From Armatimonadota bacterium (GTDB lineage: Bacteria; Armatimonadota; Fimbriimonadia; Fimbriimonadales; GBS-DC), in assembly GCA_037445735.1 (NCBI GenBank), contig JBBIJY010000002.1, forward strand, positions 96,001 through 160,000: DNA of 64,000 nucleotides, in the 5' to 3' direction. The notes below the pieces were generated by a model. The model ran no database searches. It was not told the DNA's origin and was given only the letters and a program-made list of their open reading frames with translations. How positions within the stretch are numbered: the first letter of the stretch is position 1; each line of letters opens with the position of its first letter. The translations under genes were made by a program, and so were the position numbers. Below are positions 38,438 to 47,742 of this stretch, one piece after another.

Positions 38438-39526
38438 GTGGAGCGGGAGCGGCTGAGCGCGTGGATTAAGGCGTATGCGCAGGCGCTGGGCTTTGAGCTG
38501 GTGGGGATAGCGCCCGCGGTTCGCCCGCCGCATGCCGATCATCTGCTCTGGTGGCTCCAGCAGGGCTACGCGGGCGAGATGCACTATATGGAACGCACTG
38601 CCGAACAGCGCACCGACCCGCAATCGCTTCTATCAGGTGCCCGCAGCGCGGTGGTGGTCGGTCTCAACTATGCGCCTGCCGCTCTGCCCGATACCGATTA
38701 TCGAATCGCCCGCTACGCGCTCGGCGACGACTATCACGCGGTTATCCGTTCCAGGCTGGAGACGCTGCTCAGTGCAATTCGCGCCGTGCTGCCCGATTGC
38801 CAGGGGCGCGTGTGCGTCGATTCGGCGCCCGTGCTGGAGCGCGATCTGGCGTGGCTGGCGGGGCTGGGCTGGTACGGCAAGAACACCTGCCTGATCAACA
38901 CTCAGCGCGGCTCCTACTTCTTTATTGGCGTGCTGCTGCTCACGATCGAGCTGGAGTATGACCATCCCGCGTTTGGCAGCTGTGGGCGTTGCCGCAAATG
39001 TATCGATGCCTGCCCGACAGGGGCGATTCGCGAGCCGTATGTGCTGGACGCCCGCCAGTGCATCAGCTATCTCACGATTGAGCAGAAGGGCGCCATTCCG
39101 GAGGCGTTGCGCGAGCCGACGGGCGCATGGCTCTTCGGCTGCGATATCTGTCAGGAGGTGTGCCCCTTTAATCAGCCGCGAGCGCATCAGCCGTTGCGGG
39201 CGGCGCCGACCGCCGAGCCGCGTCTCCAGCCCCGCCCGCTGCCCAGCCTGGAGACGATTTTAACGATGGACGAGGCGGAGTTCCAGCGGCGCTTTCAGGG
39301 CAGCCCGATTCGGCGGGCGAAGTGGCGCGGGCTGATTCGCAACGCGCTCGTTGTGGCAGGCAACAGCGGCGACCCGCGCTACCTGCCACTGGTGGAACGC
39401 TTCCTGCAACATCCCGACCCTCTCCTGCGCGAGCATGCAGAATGGGCATATCAGCGACTGACCGTTAGTTCCATCAGCGAGCCTCTCACAGAGGCAGGAA
39501 CAGGGGCGTCCCTCGCGAATCGCTGA
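38438..39526 (+). CDS. queG: tRNA epoxyqueuosine(34) reductase
   Basis: VDSAPVLER, AGLGWYGKN, CGRCRKCIDACP and GCDICQEVCP Fe-S motifs. Start placed at GTG 38438 (ORF track start 38360). Confidence 0.9.
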   Translation: MERERLSAWIKAYAQALGFELVGIAPAVRPPHADHLLWWLQQGYAGEMHYMERTAEQRTDPQSLLSGARSAVVVGLNYAPAALPDTDYRIARYALGDDYHAVIRSRLETLLSAIRAVLPDCQGRVCVDSAPVLERDLAWLAGLGWYGKNTCLINTQRGSYFFIGVLLLTIELEYDHPAFGSCGRCRKCIDACPTGAIREPYVLDARQCISYLTIEQKGAIPEALREPTGAWLFGCDICQEVCPFNQPRAHQPLRAAPTAEPRLQPRPLPSLETILTMDEAEFQRRFQGSPIRRAKWRGLIRNALVVAGNSGDPRYLPLVERFLQHPDPLLREHAEWAYQRLTVSSISEPLTEAGTGASLANR

Positions 39527-39532
39527 GCGTCG

Positions 39533-40762
39533 ATGCCAGAGCAACCTGTTCTGCAGGCGGGCGCGGCGAAGGTCGACATCACGCCCGACATCCGCCAGAT
39601 ACGGGTCCAGCTGGGCGGCTACGGCGCACGGCTGAACATGCCGCCCACAGGCGTGCACGACCCCATCTACGCGCGCGTGCTGGCGCTGCGCTATGGCGAC
39701 CAGCAGGCGGCAATCGTCGCGCTGGATCACCTGCTGGTGCCGGGCAGCCTCACGCGCGCGGTGCTGAACGCCACCCGCCTGAAACCCGACCAGCTCTTTA
39801 TGGCTGCCAGCCACACGCACTGCGCGCCCGACGCGATGGGCATGAACGAGCGGATGCGGTTCCCCATTCCGGGCGTGGCGACTTTCGTGCCAGAGTTCTT
39901 GCGTTTCACGGCGGCGCGGGTGAGCGAAGCCGTTCAACAGGCGTTCGCCCGCTTGCAACCAGCCCGGCTCGCCCTGCACGCCGAAGCGATCCCGAACCTG
40001 AACCGCAATCGGCGCGGGCGCGGCATCACCGACCCGACGATGACCGTCGTGCGCGTCAGCACGCCCACGCGCAAGCCGATTGCTCTGCTGGTCATCTACG
40101 CCGCGCATCCCACCATCTACCCACACACGATGATGGAGGTGTCGGCGGAGTTTCCCGGCGTGCTGCAGAACGGGCTGGAGCAGACCATCGGCGACGGTAC
40201 GATTGCGCTCTACCTGAACGGGGCGCAGGGCGATGTGTCGCCTGTCGCTGACGAGGGCAGCACCGACCACGAGCGCGTGCAACGCTACGGCAATCGGCTC
40301 AAAACGCACGCGCTGCGCCTGCTGGAGCGGGCGACGCCTGTGAAGCCGCGCCTGAAAACCCTTCAGGTAAGGGTGTCGCTGCCGCCAGCACGCCCGCATC
40401 CAGAGTTCCAGCAATCGGCAGGGCGCGAATACAAAGTGCCCGAAAGCCTGCTGAACGAGCTGGTGCGCCAGATTGTGCCCGCTCAGGCGCCCATCTCGCT
40501 GATACTGCTGGGCGAGCTGCTGATGGTCGGCTTTCCAGGCGAACCCATCACCGCGCTGGGGCTGGAGGCGCGGCGCATCGGGCAGGCGCATGGCTTCCGC
40601 ACCGTCGCACCCGTCGCGCTGGTCAACGACTGGATTGGCTACATTCTCACCCGCGATGAGTACGAAAAGGGCGGCTATGAGGCGACCGTCTCTTTTAATG
40701 GCGCGGAACTGGGCAACGCCATCATGCAGGGCGTGCAGGAGGCGATTGCCGCCCTTCGATAA
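39533..40762 (+). CDS. Neutral/alkaline ceramidase-like amidohydrolase
   Basis: AGAAKVDITP, GVHDPIYAR, ASHTHCAP, YAAHPT, NGAQGDVSP. Confidence 0.75.
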   Translation: MPEQPVLQAGAAKVDITPDIRQIRVQLGGYGARLNMPPTGVHDPIYARVLALRYGDQQAAIVALDHLLVPGSLTRAVLNATRLKPDQLFMAASHTHCAPDAMGMNERMRFPIPGVATFVPEFLRFTAARVSEAVQQAFARLQPARLALHAEAIPNLNRNRRGRGITDPTMTVVRVSTPTRKPIALLVIYAAHPTIYPHTMMEVSAEFPGVLQNGLEQTIGDGTIALYLNGAQGDVSPVADEGSTDHERVQRYGNRLKTHALRLLERATPVKPRLKTLQVRVSLPPARPHPEFQQSAGREYKVPESLLNELVRQIVPAQAPISLILLGELLMVGFPGEPITALGLEARRIGQAHGFRTVAPVALVNDWIGYILTRDEYEKGGYEATVSFNGAELGNAIMQGVQEAIAALR

Positions 40763-40792
40763 ACAGCTGTCCCCTTGCGGTATAATCAAGTT

Positions 40793-41773
40793 GTGCCACC
40801 CATTCGCTCTGTTGAAGAACTGATTGCGCTGATTCGCCAGCATCCGGAGTGGCGGGAGGCTCTTTTGAGCGCGCTCCTGCCACAGGACCTGCTAACGCTG
40901 CCACAGGAGTTTCGCGAGTTTCGTGCCGAGCTTCGGGAAGCACTGGCTGCCCACGAGCTGCGCATAGCTGCTATCGAAGAGCGGATTGCTGCCGTTGAAG
41001 AGCGCATCGTCTCCATCGAGGAACAGATTGCCCGACAGCGCGAAGAGTTCCAGCGACAAATAGGCGAACTGCATCGGCAAATAGATGAGCTGCGCCTGGA
41101 GATACAGCAGATGCGCAAGGAGTTCCAGCAACAGATTGACGAGCTGCGTCTGGAAATGCAACAGATGCGCAAGGAGCTGCAACAGCAGATTGACGAGCTG
41201 CGTCTGGAAATGCAACAGATGCGCAAGGAGTTCGAACAGCGATTTGAAGAGATACAGATGCAGCTGGCTCAACAGCGTGCCGAATATCTGGAGCGATTTG
41301 AGCGCGTGGAAAGCGAAATCAAAGCCATCAAGGACGATATGGGCAGGCTCAAGGGCGATGTGCTGGAGATGAAGTGGGGTCAGCGCGCTAAGTCCTACTT
41401 CGGGCGAATCCTGCGCAAGGTACAGGTCTATATTCCCGGCGAAATTTGTGATGAGATAGAGGATCGGACGCCGATTCCAGAGCCGCAGCGCACCCAGTTG
41501 CTGGAGCTGGACTATGTGGTTCGCGGGCTGCGGCGCACCGACGGACGCGAAATCTATCTGGCAGTGGAGGTATCGTGGGGCATTGGGGTAACGGATGTGA
41601 TACGGGCACGCGATAGAGCGCAGATTTTGCGCGATTATGGCTACGCTGCCTATCCTGTGGCGGTCGGCGTGGAGGCGACGCCCGAAGCCCGCGAGCTGGC
41701 AACAGCAGAAGGCGTCGTGTTGATGTTCGATTCCACCATTCAGGGCGCGGAACAGCTGCAGGTCGAGCACTGA
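40793..41773 (+). CDS. Coiled-coil repeat protein with C-terminal PD-(D/E)XK-like domain
   Basis: N-terminal LIRQHPEWREAL, long coiled coil, C-terminal ELDYVVRG...LAVEVSWGIGVTDVIRARDRA. Confidence 0.75.
   Translation: MPPIRSVEELIALIRQHPEWREALLSALLPQDLLTLPQEFREFRAELREALAAHELRIAAIEERIAAVEERIVSIEEQIARQREEFQRQIGELHRQIDELRLEIQQMRKEFQQQIDELRLEMQQMRKELQQQIDELRLEMQQMRKEFEQRFEEIQMQLAQQRAEYLERFERVESEIKAIKDDMGRLKGDVLEMKWGQRAKSYFGRILRKVQVYIPGEICDEIEDRTPIPEPQRTQLLELDYVVRGLRRTDGREIYLAVEVSWGIGVTDVIRARDRAQILRDYGYAAYPVAVGVEATPEARELATAEGVVLMFDSTIQGAEQLQVEH
41081..41242 (+). repeat. Coding tandem repeat, 3 x 54 bp (IDELRLE(I/M)QQMRKE(F/L)(Q/E)Q(Q/R))
   Basis: Units begin at 41081, 41135 and 41189. Confidence 0.9.
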
Positions 41774-41786
41774 TCGATTACCGGAC

Positions 41787-41814
41787 TTGACAATCGCTGC
41801 CGATATGGTATAAT
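41787..41814 (+). promoter_or_regulatory. Consensus sigma70 promoter for tRNA-Ser
   Basis: TTGACA 41787-41792, 16-bp spacer, TG-n-TATAAT 41806-41814. Confidence 0.85.
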
Positions 41815-41828
41815 AGCTCATGCAGGGC

Positions 41829-41924
41829 GGAGGGTTGCCTGAGTGGTCGAAAGGGGCCGCCTGCTAAGCGGTTGTAGGGGGGTTATGCCCTCTACCCCGG
41901 GTTCGAATCCCGGACCCTCCGCCA
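41829..41924 (+). tRNA. tRNA-Ser (anticodon GCT)
   Basis: Acceptor stem GGAGGGT/ACCCTCC plus GCCA, anticodon arm GCCGC-CTGCTAA-GCGGT, long variable arm, GGTTCGAATCC T-arm. Confidence 0.95.
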
Positions 41925-41952
41925 TCTAATCTTGACCGAGGACTCAGGGGAG

Positions 41953-43368
41953 ATGACGCGCCCGGCACGGTTCACCTGGTGGTGGCTGATCCTGCTCTTT
42001 TGCCTCTTCATTCTGCTTAACAGCCTGATCTTTCTCTATCTGTTCACCCGTTCGAGCCGTGTCGCCCCCATCGATAAAGCGGCTCTGTTCGAAATTGGTC
42101 TGGAGGTGCGTCAGGCAGTTGCGCTCACGGCGTCGCCCCTGCTGGTGAGCGAGTTCAAATCGAGCGCGGAGTCAGCTGCCCGCACGCTTCGGGACTATTA
42201 TGGCACCGATGCCGAGTGGGAGGCACGGCTCTATGTGGCGCTGCTGGAGCGGTCCGCGGGTTTCGGCGACCCGGCACGCACCTTGCAGCCGCTGGCAGAT
42301 TCGCCCTCGATACGGCTCACCGCGCCTGAGCGTCGCTGGTACGCCGCGCTCTGGCAGGATGCCCTGCTAAGCGAGCTGAGCGCAGATCGGGTGGCACGGC
42401 TGCGCGATGCTCTTGAACCCAGCGCGCCCCCGCTCGCCCTTCAGCTCGCCGAGAGCGTGATGTGGAAACGGGTCGGCGATAACCAGAAAGCGCAGGCAGT
42501 TTTGCGCACGGCGGGCTGGCAGAGCTTGGCGCGGGTCGGGCTGATAGGCGTCCTGTTTTGCTGTGGCGGACTGCTGGGCATCGCGGGTGTCGGACTGTTC
42601 ATCTGGTATCTCGTTCAGCGGTTTCCGCTGCCCGCCCGACCGTTTCCAGAAGCTCCACCCGACGCGCTGGACACCGCCCTGCACGCACTCGCCGCGTTTT
42701 TTATCTTCTCGTTCACCTGCGATACACTGTTTAACGACATTCTCTCGCACACGCCCGAATGGCGGCGCTACTATTCCGAGCAGGCGGCATCGGCGCTGCT
42801 CTACTCTCTGGCAGCGCTGTTATCGGTCGATTTTCTGGTGCTACCCGATGAGCGCGCGCCATCTCATTGGTTGTCTCTGCGCTGGCGATGGCGAACGGAT
42901 GCGGGTGCCACGCTGGCAGGCTTGAGCATCTACTTACCGCTGGCGGTGCTGGCTGCGCTGCTGGTGAGTCTCATTCTGCCTGCCCTTCCTGACCAGCAGA
43001 CCAACCCGGTGGCAGACCAGCTTGCCAGCGCGCCCGATCCGCTCGCCTTCTGGACGCTGGTGTTTCAGGCGGTCATCTTTGCACCGTTTATTGAGGAAGT
43101 GCTGTTTCGCGGGGTTCTGTTTCAGGCGTTGTGGCAGCACACGGGTCGTGTCTGGCTCAGCGCGCTGGTGAGCGGCTTTCTGTTCGCGATTGTGCATCCC
43201 CAGTTTTTGAGCGGGCTGCTGCACCTGGCGCTGCTGGGGACGATTCTGGCAATGTTATACGCGCACACGCGCTCGCTACTGCCCTGCATTCTCATTCACG
43301 CGCTCAATAACGGCGTCGTGGTGCTGATGGCGTGGACGGGGTACAATTTCATAATCTTTATGTACTAA
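41953..43368 (+). CDS. CPBP family intramembrane glutamic endopeptidase with long N-terminal extension
   Basis: EEVLFRG, FAIVH and HALNN motifs; multiple TM segments. Confidence 0.85.
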   Translation: MTRPARFTWWWLILLFCLFILLNSLIFLYLFTRSSRVAPIDKAALFEIGLEVRQAVALTASPLLVSEFKSSAESAARTLRDYYGTDAEWEARLYVALLERSAGFGDPARTLQPLADSPSIRLTAPERRWYAALWQDALLSELSADRVARLRDALEPSAPPLALQLAESVMWKRVGDNQKAQAVLRTAGWQSLARVGLIGVLFCCGGLLGIAGVGLFIWYLVQRFPLPARPFPEAPPDALDTALHALAAFFIFSFTCDTLFNDILSHTPEWRRYYSEQAASALLYSLAALLSVDFLVLPDERAPSHWLSLRWRWRTDAGATLAGLSIYLPLAVLAALLVSLILPALPDQQTNPVADQLASAPDPLAFWTLVFQAVIFAPFIEEVLFRGVLFQALWQHTGRVWLSALVSGFLFAIVHPQFLSGLLHLALLGTILAMLYAHTRSLLPCILIHALNNGVVVLMAWTGYNFIIFMY

Positions 43369-43377
43369 GGAGGCAGG

Positions 43378-45069
43378 ATGATGAGTATCGCCAGCACGCA
43401 ACAGGTGGAGCAGGCGCCGCTCTGGTCCGTTGACGCGGGCAATCGGCGGCTTAATCGGTTTGACTGGCTACTGATGCTGTTTCTGGTTCTCATCACGGTG
43501 GGCTATGTGGCGCGTGGAGCACAGTTGTCGGCGCCGCCTGCTGAGGATGCCGCGATGTTGATGCGCTATGCGACCCATCTGGCGCAGGGGCACGGGATTG
43601 TGTGGAACATCGGTGAGAAGCCCGTCGACGGCGCGACCGACTTCCTGTTCATGGTGATGGTGGCAGGCCTTATAGGCATGGGTCTTTCAGCGGAGGTTGC
43701 CGTGCGGCTGCTGGTGTTTCTGGCGCATGTGCTGAATGTGGTGCTGGTCTATTACGCCCTGCGGTCGCTATTTGGTGCGCCGTGGTGGCTGGCGGTGGCG
43801 CCCGCGTTTTTCCTGGCGGTCGCGACGGGGCCCATCTACATCACCACCTGCTTCGGCGCACCTGTGTTCGCGTTGTTCGCCTCGCTGAGCTGGTTTTTTG
43901 CTTTGCGGGCTATCCTGTGGGGCGGTTCACCTGCGAACGCGCTCGGTTTCGGTCTCTTCTCGCTGATTACGGGGCTTGTTCGTCCCGAAGGCGTCATTCT
44001 GACCCTGTTGATGGTGGGGGCGGCTCTCATTCTCAGGGGATGGCGCGGGGCGGTCGCGCTGGTGCTGGCGTGGGTTATCTTTGTGGTCGGGCTGGGTGCC
44101 ATCTATTTCCTGTGGCGCTGGCACTACTTCGGCTATCCACTACCGAACCCCTTCTATAAGAAGGGTGGCGGCACACTCCACCTCGATGGGCTTCGCGATT
44201 CCTACACCATGCTGCGCGTCTTCAGCCTGCCGTTTCTGCTGCTCTACCTTGGCGGCTTGCTTTTCAGGGAGCCACGCCGCCTGCTGATTGGGCTGTTGAT
44301 CCCGCCTGTCGGCTTCGCAACGGCTTTTATTTTGATTTCGAACGAAATGAACCTGGCAGGTCGGTTCCAGTACCCTGCGCTGCCGCTCATTTTGATGGGT
44401 GTCTATCCTGCTGCGCAGGTTCTCTGGCGCCAGCTGCAGCCGGAGCCGCGCCATGAGCCGTTGCGCCCTGTGCATCTGTACATGCTGTTCGCCGTGCTGC
44501 TGCTCCTGTTGACCTACTCCCGGCAGGCGTTCTATCGCTCCAGTTTCTATCCCGATGGTCGGGCGGAGGTCGCGAAAAGTCTGGCGCAGTACCGCTCTAA
44601 AGGCTACTGGATGGCAGTGACCGAGGCCGGCTTGCTGCCCTTCTATTCGGGCTGGAACGCCATCGACACCTGGGGCTTGAATGACCAGTGGATTGCCCAT
44701 CACGGCGCCATTACAGAAGCATATCTGGAGCGGTATCGCCCGCATCTAATTGTGTTTCACGCTTACTTTTCGCCCATTGTGCCCGCAAATCCCGCGGAAC
44801 GGCAGGCGCAGCGCGCGGTTCGGTGGGATCAGATGGTTGCCACTCTGCAACGCTATGCTGAGCGGCGTGGTTATATTCTGGCAGCGGTGTACGGCGATAC
44901 ACCTCGCGATACCCACTACTACTATGTGCGCCCTGACTTCCCCGATGCTGCTGCTATCGTGGAGCACATTCGAAACACACGCTACATCTGGTACGAGACG
45001 GGCACTGTCAGCGTGAACTATGCCCTGCTGGAGCCAAAGTCCGACAGGTTTCGCGCAAAAAGCGAATGA
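43378..45069 (+). CDS. GT-C-type polytopic membrane glycosyltransferase-like protein
   Basis: EDAAMLMRYATHLAQGHGIVWNIGEKPVDGAT first loop, VRPEG, YFGYPLPNPFY.K, DTWGLND. AGGAGG RBS. Confidence 0.65.
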   Translation: MMSIASTQQVEQAPLWSVDAGNRRLNRFDWLLMLFLVLITVGYVARGAQLSAPPAEDAAMLMRYATHLAQGHGIVWNIGEKPVDGATDFLFMVMVAGLIGMGLSAEVAVRLLVFLAHVLNVVLVYYALRSLFGAPWWLAVAPAFFLAVATGPIYITTCFGAPVFALFASLSWFFALRAILWGGSPANALGFGLFSLITGLVRPEGVILTLLMVGAALILRGWRGAVALVLAWVIFVVGLGAIYFLWRWHYFGYPLPNPFYKKGGGTLHLDGLRDSYTMLRVFSLPFLLLYLGGLLFREPRRLLIGLLIPPVGFATAFILISNEMNLAGRFQYPALPLILMGVYPAAQVLWRQLQPEPRHEPLRPVHLYMLFAVLLLLLTYSRQAFYRSSFYPDGRAEVAKSLAQYRSKGYWMAVTEAGLLPFYSGWNAIDTWGLNDQWIAHHGAITEAYLERYRPHLIVFHAYFSPIVPANPAERQAQRAVRWDQMVATLQRYAERRGYILAAVYGDTPRDTHYYYVRPDFPDAAAIVEHIRNTRYIWYETGTVSVNYALLEPKSDRFRAKSE

Positions 45070-45088
45070 GCGGCAGGGTATACTTTTC

Positions 45089-46306
45089 ATGCAGATGCGG
45101 CTCTCGGTTGACGATCTGGAAAGCCTGATTCGCCTGCTGGACGAGCATCCCGAATGGCGGGAGGCGTTGCAGGAGCGCTTGATGACCGAGCAGGTTCTGC
45201 TCCGTCTGCTGCAGCAGAGGGCAGACCTGCGCGAGGCGGTACGCCGTCTCGTGCTGACTGACGAACTGCTGGAACTGCCTGCCCTGGTTCGGGAGCTGAT
45301 TGAGGTTCAGCGGCGCACGGAGGAGCGGTTAGCGGAGCTGGCGGCACAGACGGATGCCCGCTTCGCTGAGCTGGCAGCGGAGCTTGCCGAGTTAGCCCGG
45401 CGTACCGACGCCCGCTTCGCCGAGTTAGCCGAAGCGCAGCGGCGCACGGAGGAGCGGTTAGCGGAGCTGGCGGCACAGACGGATGCCCGCTTCGCTGAGC
45501 TGGCAGCGGAGCTTGCCGAGTTAGCCCGGCGTACCGACGCCCGCTTCGCTGAGTTAGCTACGGAGCTTGCCGAGTTAGCCCGGCGTACCGACGCCCGCTT
45601 CGCCGAGTTAGCTACGGAGCTTGCCGAGTTAGCCCGGCGTACCGACGCCCGTTTCGCCGAGTTAGCCGAAGCCCAGCGGCGCACGGAGGAGCGGTTAGCC
45701 GAGTTAGCGGCACAGACGGACGCCCGTTTCGCCGAGTTAGCCGAAGCCCAGCGGCGCACGCAGGAGCAGGTGGCTCTGCTGGTAGAAACCCAGCGGCGAA
45801 TAGAAGAGGAACTCGCTCAACTGCGTCAGGATGTCCACGACCTCAGAGAGTGGCGGCGGGGCGAGGAGGGACGACGCGCGGGCGAACGCTTCGAGATCCA
45901 GATTATCAAACGCGCCCCACGCCTGCTCAACGGCGGCGATGGCGGGCGAACCGAAGAACCCCATGTGCGCCAGCGACTGACCCACTGGCTACGCAATCTC
46001 CAGCCCGCCGAGATGGAAGACGACTTCGACGGCGAAAAAGACCCCACCTTAGCCGACCTCATCTGGTGGAAAGACAGTCGGGTGGCAGTAATCGAGATCT
46101 CGCTCAAGGTGGACGGGCGTGATGTGCTGCGCGCCCGCCAGCGAGCCGACACCCTGCGTCAGGCGGGTGTGGATGCCATTCCCCTCGTCATCGGCGAAGA
46201 ATGGGCAACGCCCGATTCCCGACTGCTCGCCGAGCAAAACGGCGTCGAATGGATGCTAAAGGGCGACCTCTCGGCAGGCATGATCGAGTTCCGTCGGCTT
46301 CCGTAG
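45089..46306 (+). CDS. Coiled-coil repeat protein with C-terminal PD-(D/E)XK-like domain
   Basis: N-terminal LIRLLDEHPEWREAL, (R/Q)TDARFAELA repeats, C-terminal ADLIWW...AVIEISLKVDGRDVLRARQRA. Confidence 0.75.
   Translation: MQMRLSVDDLESLIRLLDEHPEWREALQERLMTEQVLLRLLQQRADLREAVRRLVLTDELLELPALVRELIEVQRRTEERLAELAAQTDARFAELAAELAELARRTDARFAELAEAQRRTEERLAELAAQTDARFAELAAELAELARRTDARFAELATELAELARRTDARFAELATELAELARRTDARFAELAEAQRRTEERLAELAAQTDARFAELAEAQRRTQEQVALLVETQRRIEEELAQLRQDVHDLREWRRGEEGRRAGERFEIQIIKRAPRLLNGGDGGRTEEPHVRQRLTHWLRNLQPAEMEDDFDGEKDPTLADLIWWKDSRVAVIEISLKVDGRDVLRARQRADTLRQAGVDAIPLVIGEEWATPDSRLLAEQNGVEWMLKGDLSAGMIEFRRLP
45308..45760 (+). repeat. Nested coding tandem repeats (54-bp units inside 129-bp higher-order units)
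   Basis: cagcggcgcacg anchors at 45308, 45437, 45674 and 45749 (spacings 129, 129+108, 75). Confidence 0.85.
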
Positions 46307-46330
46307 GGGCGCACCACCGTGCGCCTCTGC
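46303..46330. repeat. GTAG-type REP-like hairpin (possible terminator)
   Basis: GTAGGGGCGCAC-CACC-GTGCGCCTCTGC. A related degenerate copy lies at 1391-1416. Confidence 0.5.
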
Positions 46331-46368
46331 AGGAACCCTTTAAGCATTCGAACAGTATAATCCTCACG

Positions 46369-47742
46369 ATGTTATTGACCATTACCACCACCTATCGTCC
46401 CGCGACCGATCTGGGCTATCTGCTGGGCAAGCATCCCGCGCGGGTGCAGCGGTTTGAGCTGAACTGGGGCGAAGCGGTCGTGTTCTACCCGGAGGCGACC
46501 GAGTCGCGCTGTACGGCTGCGCTGCTGCTGGAGATCAACCCTGTGCTGCTGGCGCGCGGGCGCGAACAGCAACTGAGCGCGTATGTCAGCCCGCAAGCCT
46601 ACACAGTGAACTCCATGATGAGCACCGCGCTCACGAAGGTCTACCGCTCGGCGATGGCGGGACGCTGCAAGGATCGACCCGAGCTGGCGCAGACGCCCAT
46701 CCCGCTGGAGGCGTTCATGCCGACCTTACCGTGCAGGGGCGGCGAGCCAATACTGCGCGCGCTCTTCGAACCGCTCGGCTACGAGGTGGAAGCCGGACCC
46801 ATCCCGCTGGATGAACGGTTCCCGGAGTGGGGCGAGAGCCGCCTCTATCGCGTGCGCCTGCGCCACACCCTCCGCCTCTGCGACCTCCTGCGCCATCTCT
46901 ACATTCTCATCCCTGTGCTGGACGGCGAGAAACACTACTACATCGACGAGGCGGAGATCGAAAAGCTGGTTCGGCAGGGTCAGGAATGGCTGCCGGACCA
47001 CCCGGAGCGCGAGCGTATCATCGCCCGCTATCTGAAGTATCGCCCGACGCTGGTGGAGGCGGCGCTCGCCCAGATACTGCGGGAGGAGACAACGCCCGAA
47101 AGCCTCGAACCCGAAACACCGAACTGGATGGAGCAGGCGCTGGAGAAGCCCCTGAACCTTCAGCAGCAGCGTGTCGGCGCGGTGCTGGTGACCCTGCGCG
47201 CGCTCGGTGTCCAGAGCGTGATCGACCTCGGCTGCGGCGAGGGCGACCTGCTCCTGCAGCTGGTCAACGAGCCGATGCTGAAGCGCATCGCGGGGCTGGA
47301 TGTCTCCCTGCGCGCGTTGCGAATCGCTGAGCGCCGCCTCAAGCGCCATCTGCAACAGGAGCGCGTGCGCCTCATGCACGGCTCGCTGCTCTATCTCGAT
47401 GACCGCTGGAAGGAGTATGAGGCGGCGGTGCTGATGGAGGTGATTGAGCATCTGGAGCCGACGCGGCTGGAGATGATGGCGCACGCCCTGTTTGGCTACG
47501 CCCAGCCCCGCGCCGTAATCATCACCACACCCAATCGCGAATATAACCCGCTCTATGGGCTGACCGAGACCCAGCGGCGCCATCCCGACCACCAGTTTGA
47601 GTGGACACGGGCGGAGTTTGAGGCGTGGGCGCGCCCGGTCGCCGAGCAGCACGGCTATCGCGTGCGCTTCATCGGCATCGGCGCCGAGCATCCCGAATAT
47701 GGCTGTCCCACACAGATGGCGGTGTTTGAAAAATGCGCATAG
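46369..47742 (+). CDS. hen1: 3' terminal RNA ribose 2'-O-methyltransferase Hen1
   Basis: MLLTITTT..PATDLGYLL.KHP N-terminus, DLGCGEG SAM motif, EVIEHL, TTPN.EYN, RHPDHQFEWTR. Confidence 0.95.
   Translation: MLLTITTTYRPATDLGYLLGKHPARVQRFELNWGEAVVFYPEATESRCTAALLLEINPVLLARGREQQLSAYVSPQAYTVNSMMSTALTKVYRSAMAGRCKDRPELAQTPIPLEAFMPTLPCRGGEPILRALFEPLGYEVEAGPIPLDERFPEWGESRLYRVRLRHTLRLCDLLRHLYILIPVLDGEKHYYIDEAEIEKLVRQGQEWLPDHPERERIIARYLKYRPTLVEAALAQILREETTPESLEPETPNWMEQALEKPLNLQQQRVGAVLVTLRALGVQSVIDLGCGEGDLLLQLVNEPMLKRIAGLDVSLRALRIAERRLKRHLQQERVRLMHGSLLYLDDRWKEYEAAVLMEVIEHLEPTRLEMMAHALFGYAQPRAVIITTPNREYNPLYGLTETQRRHPDHQFEWTRAEFEAWARPVAEQHGYRVRFIGIGAEHPEYGCPTQMAVFEKCA

Noticed and set aside
41829-41924. 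tRNA-Sec, or a tRNA used as an island integration site
   Set aside because: The anticodon is GCT with a normal 7-bp acceptor stem (Ser). I saw no duplicated tRNA 3' end and no integrase in the window.
41953-43368. CPBP ('Abi') protease as a phage-defence gene
   Set aside because: The family name alone is not evidence of defence, and nothing in the context supports it.
46201-46368. N-terminal extensions in the ORF track for Hen1 (also RadA, QueG, PrmC, DapF and the sigma factor)
   Set aside because: Family-typical N-termini and promoter or RBS positions indicate the downstream starts used in the feature list.
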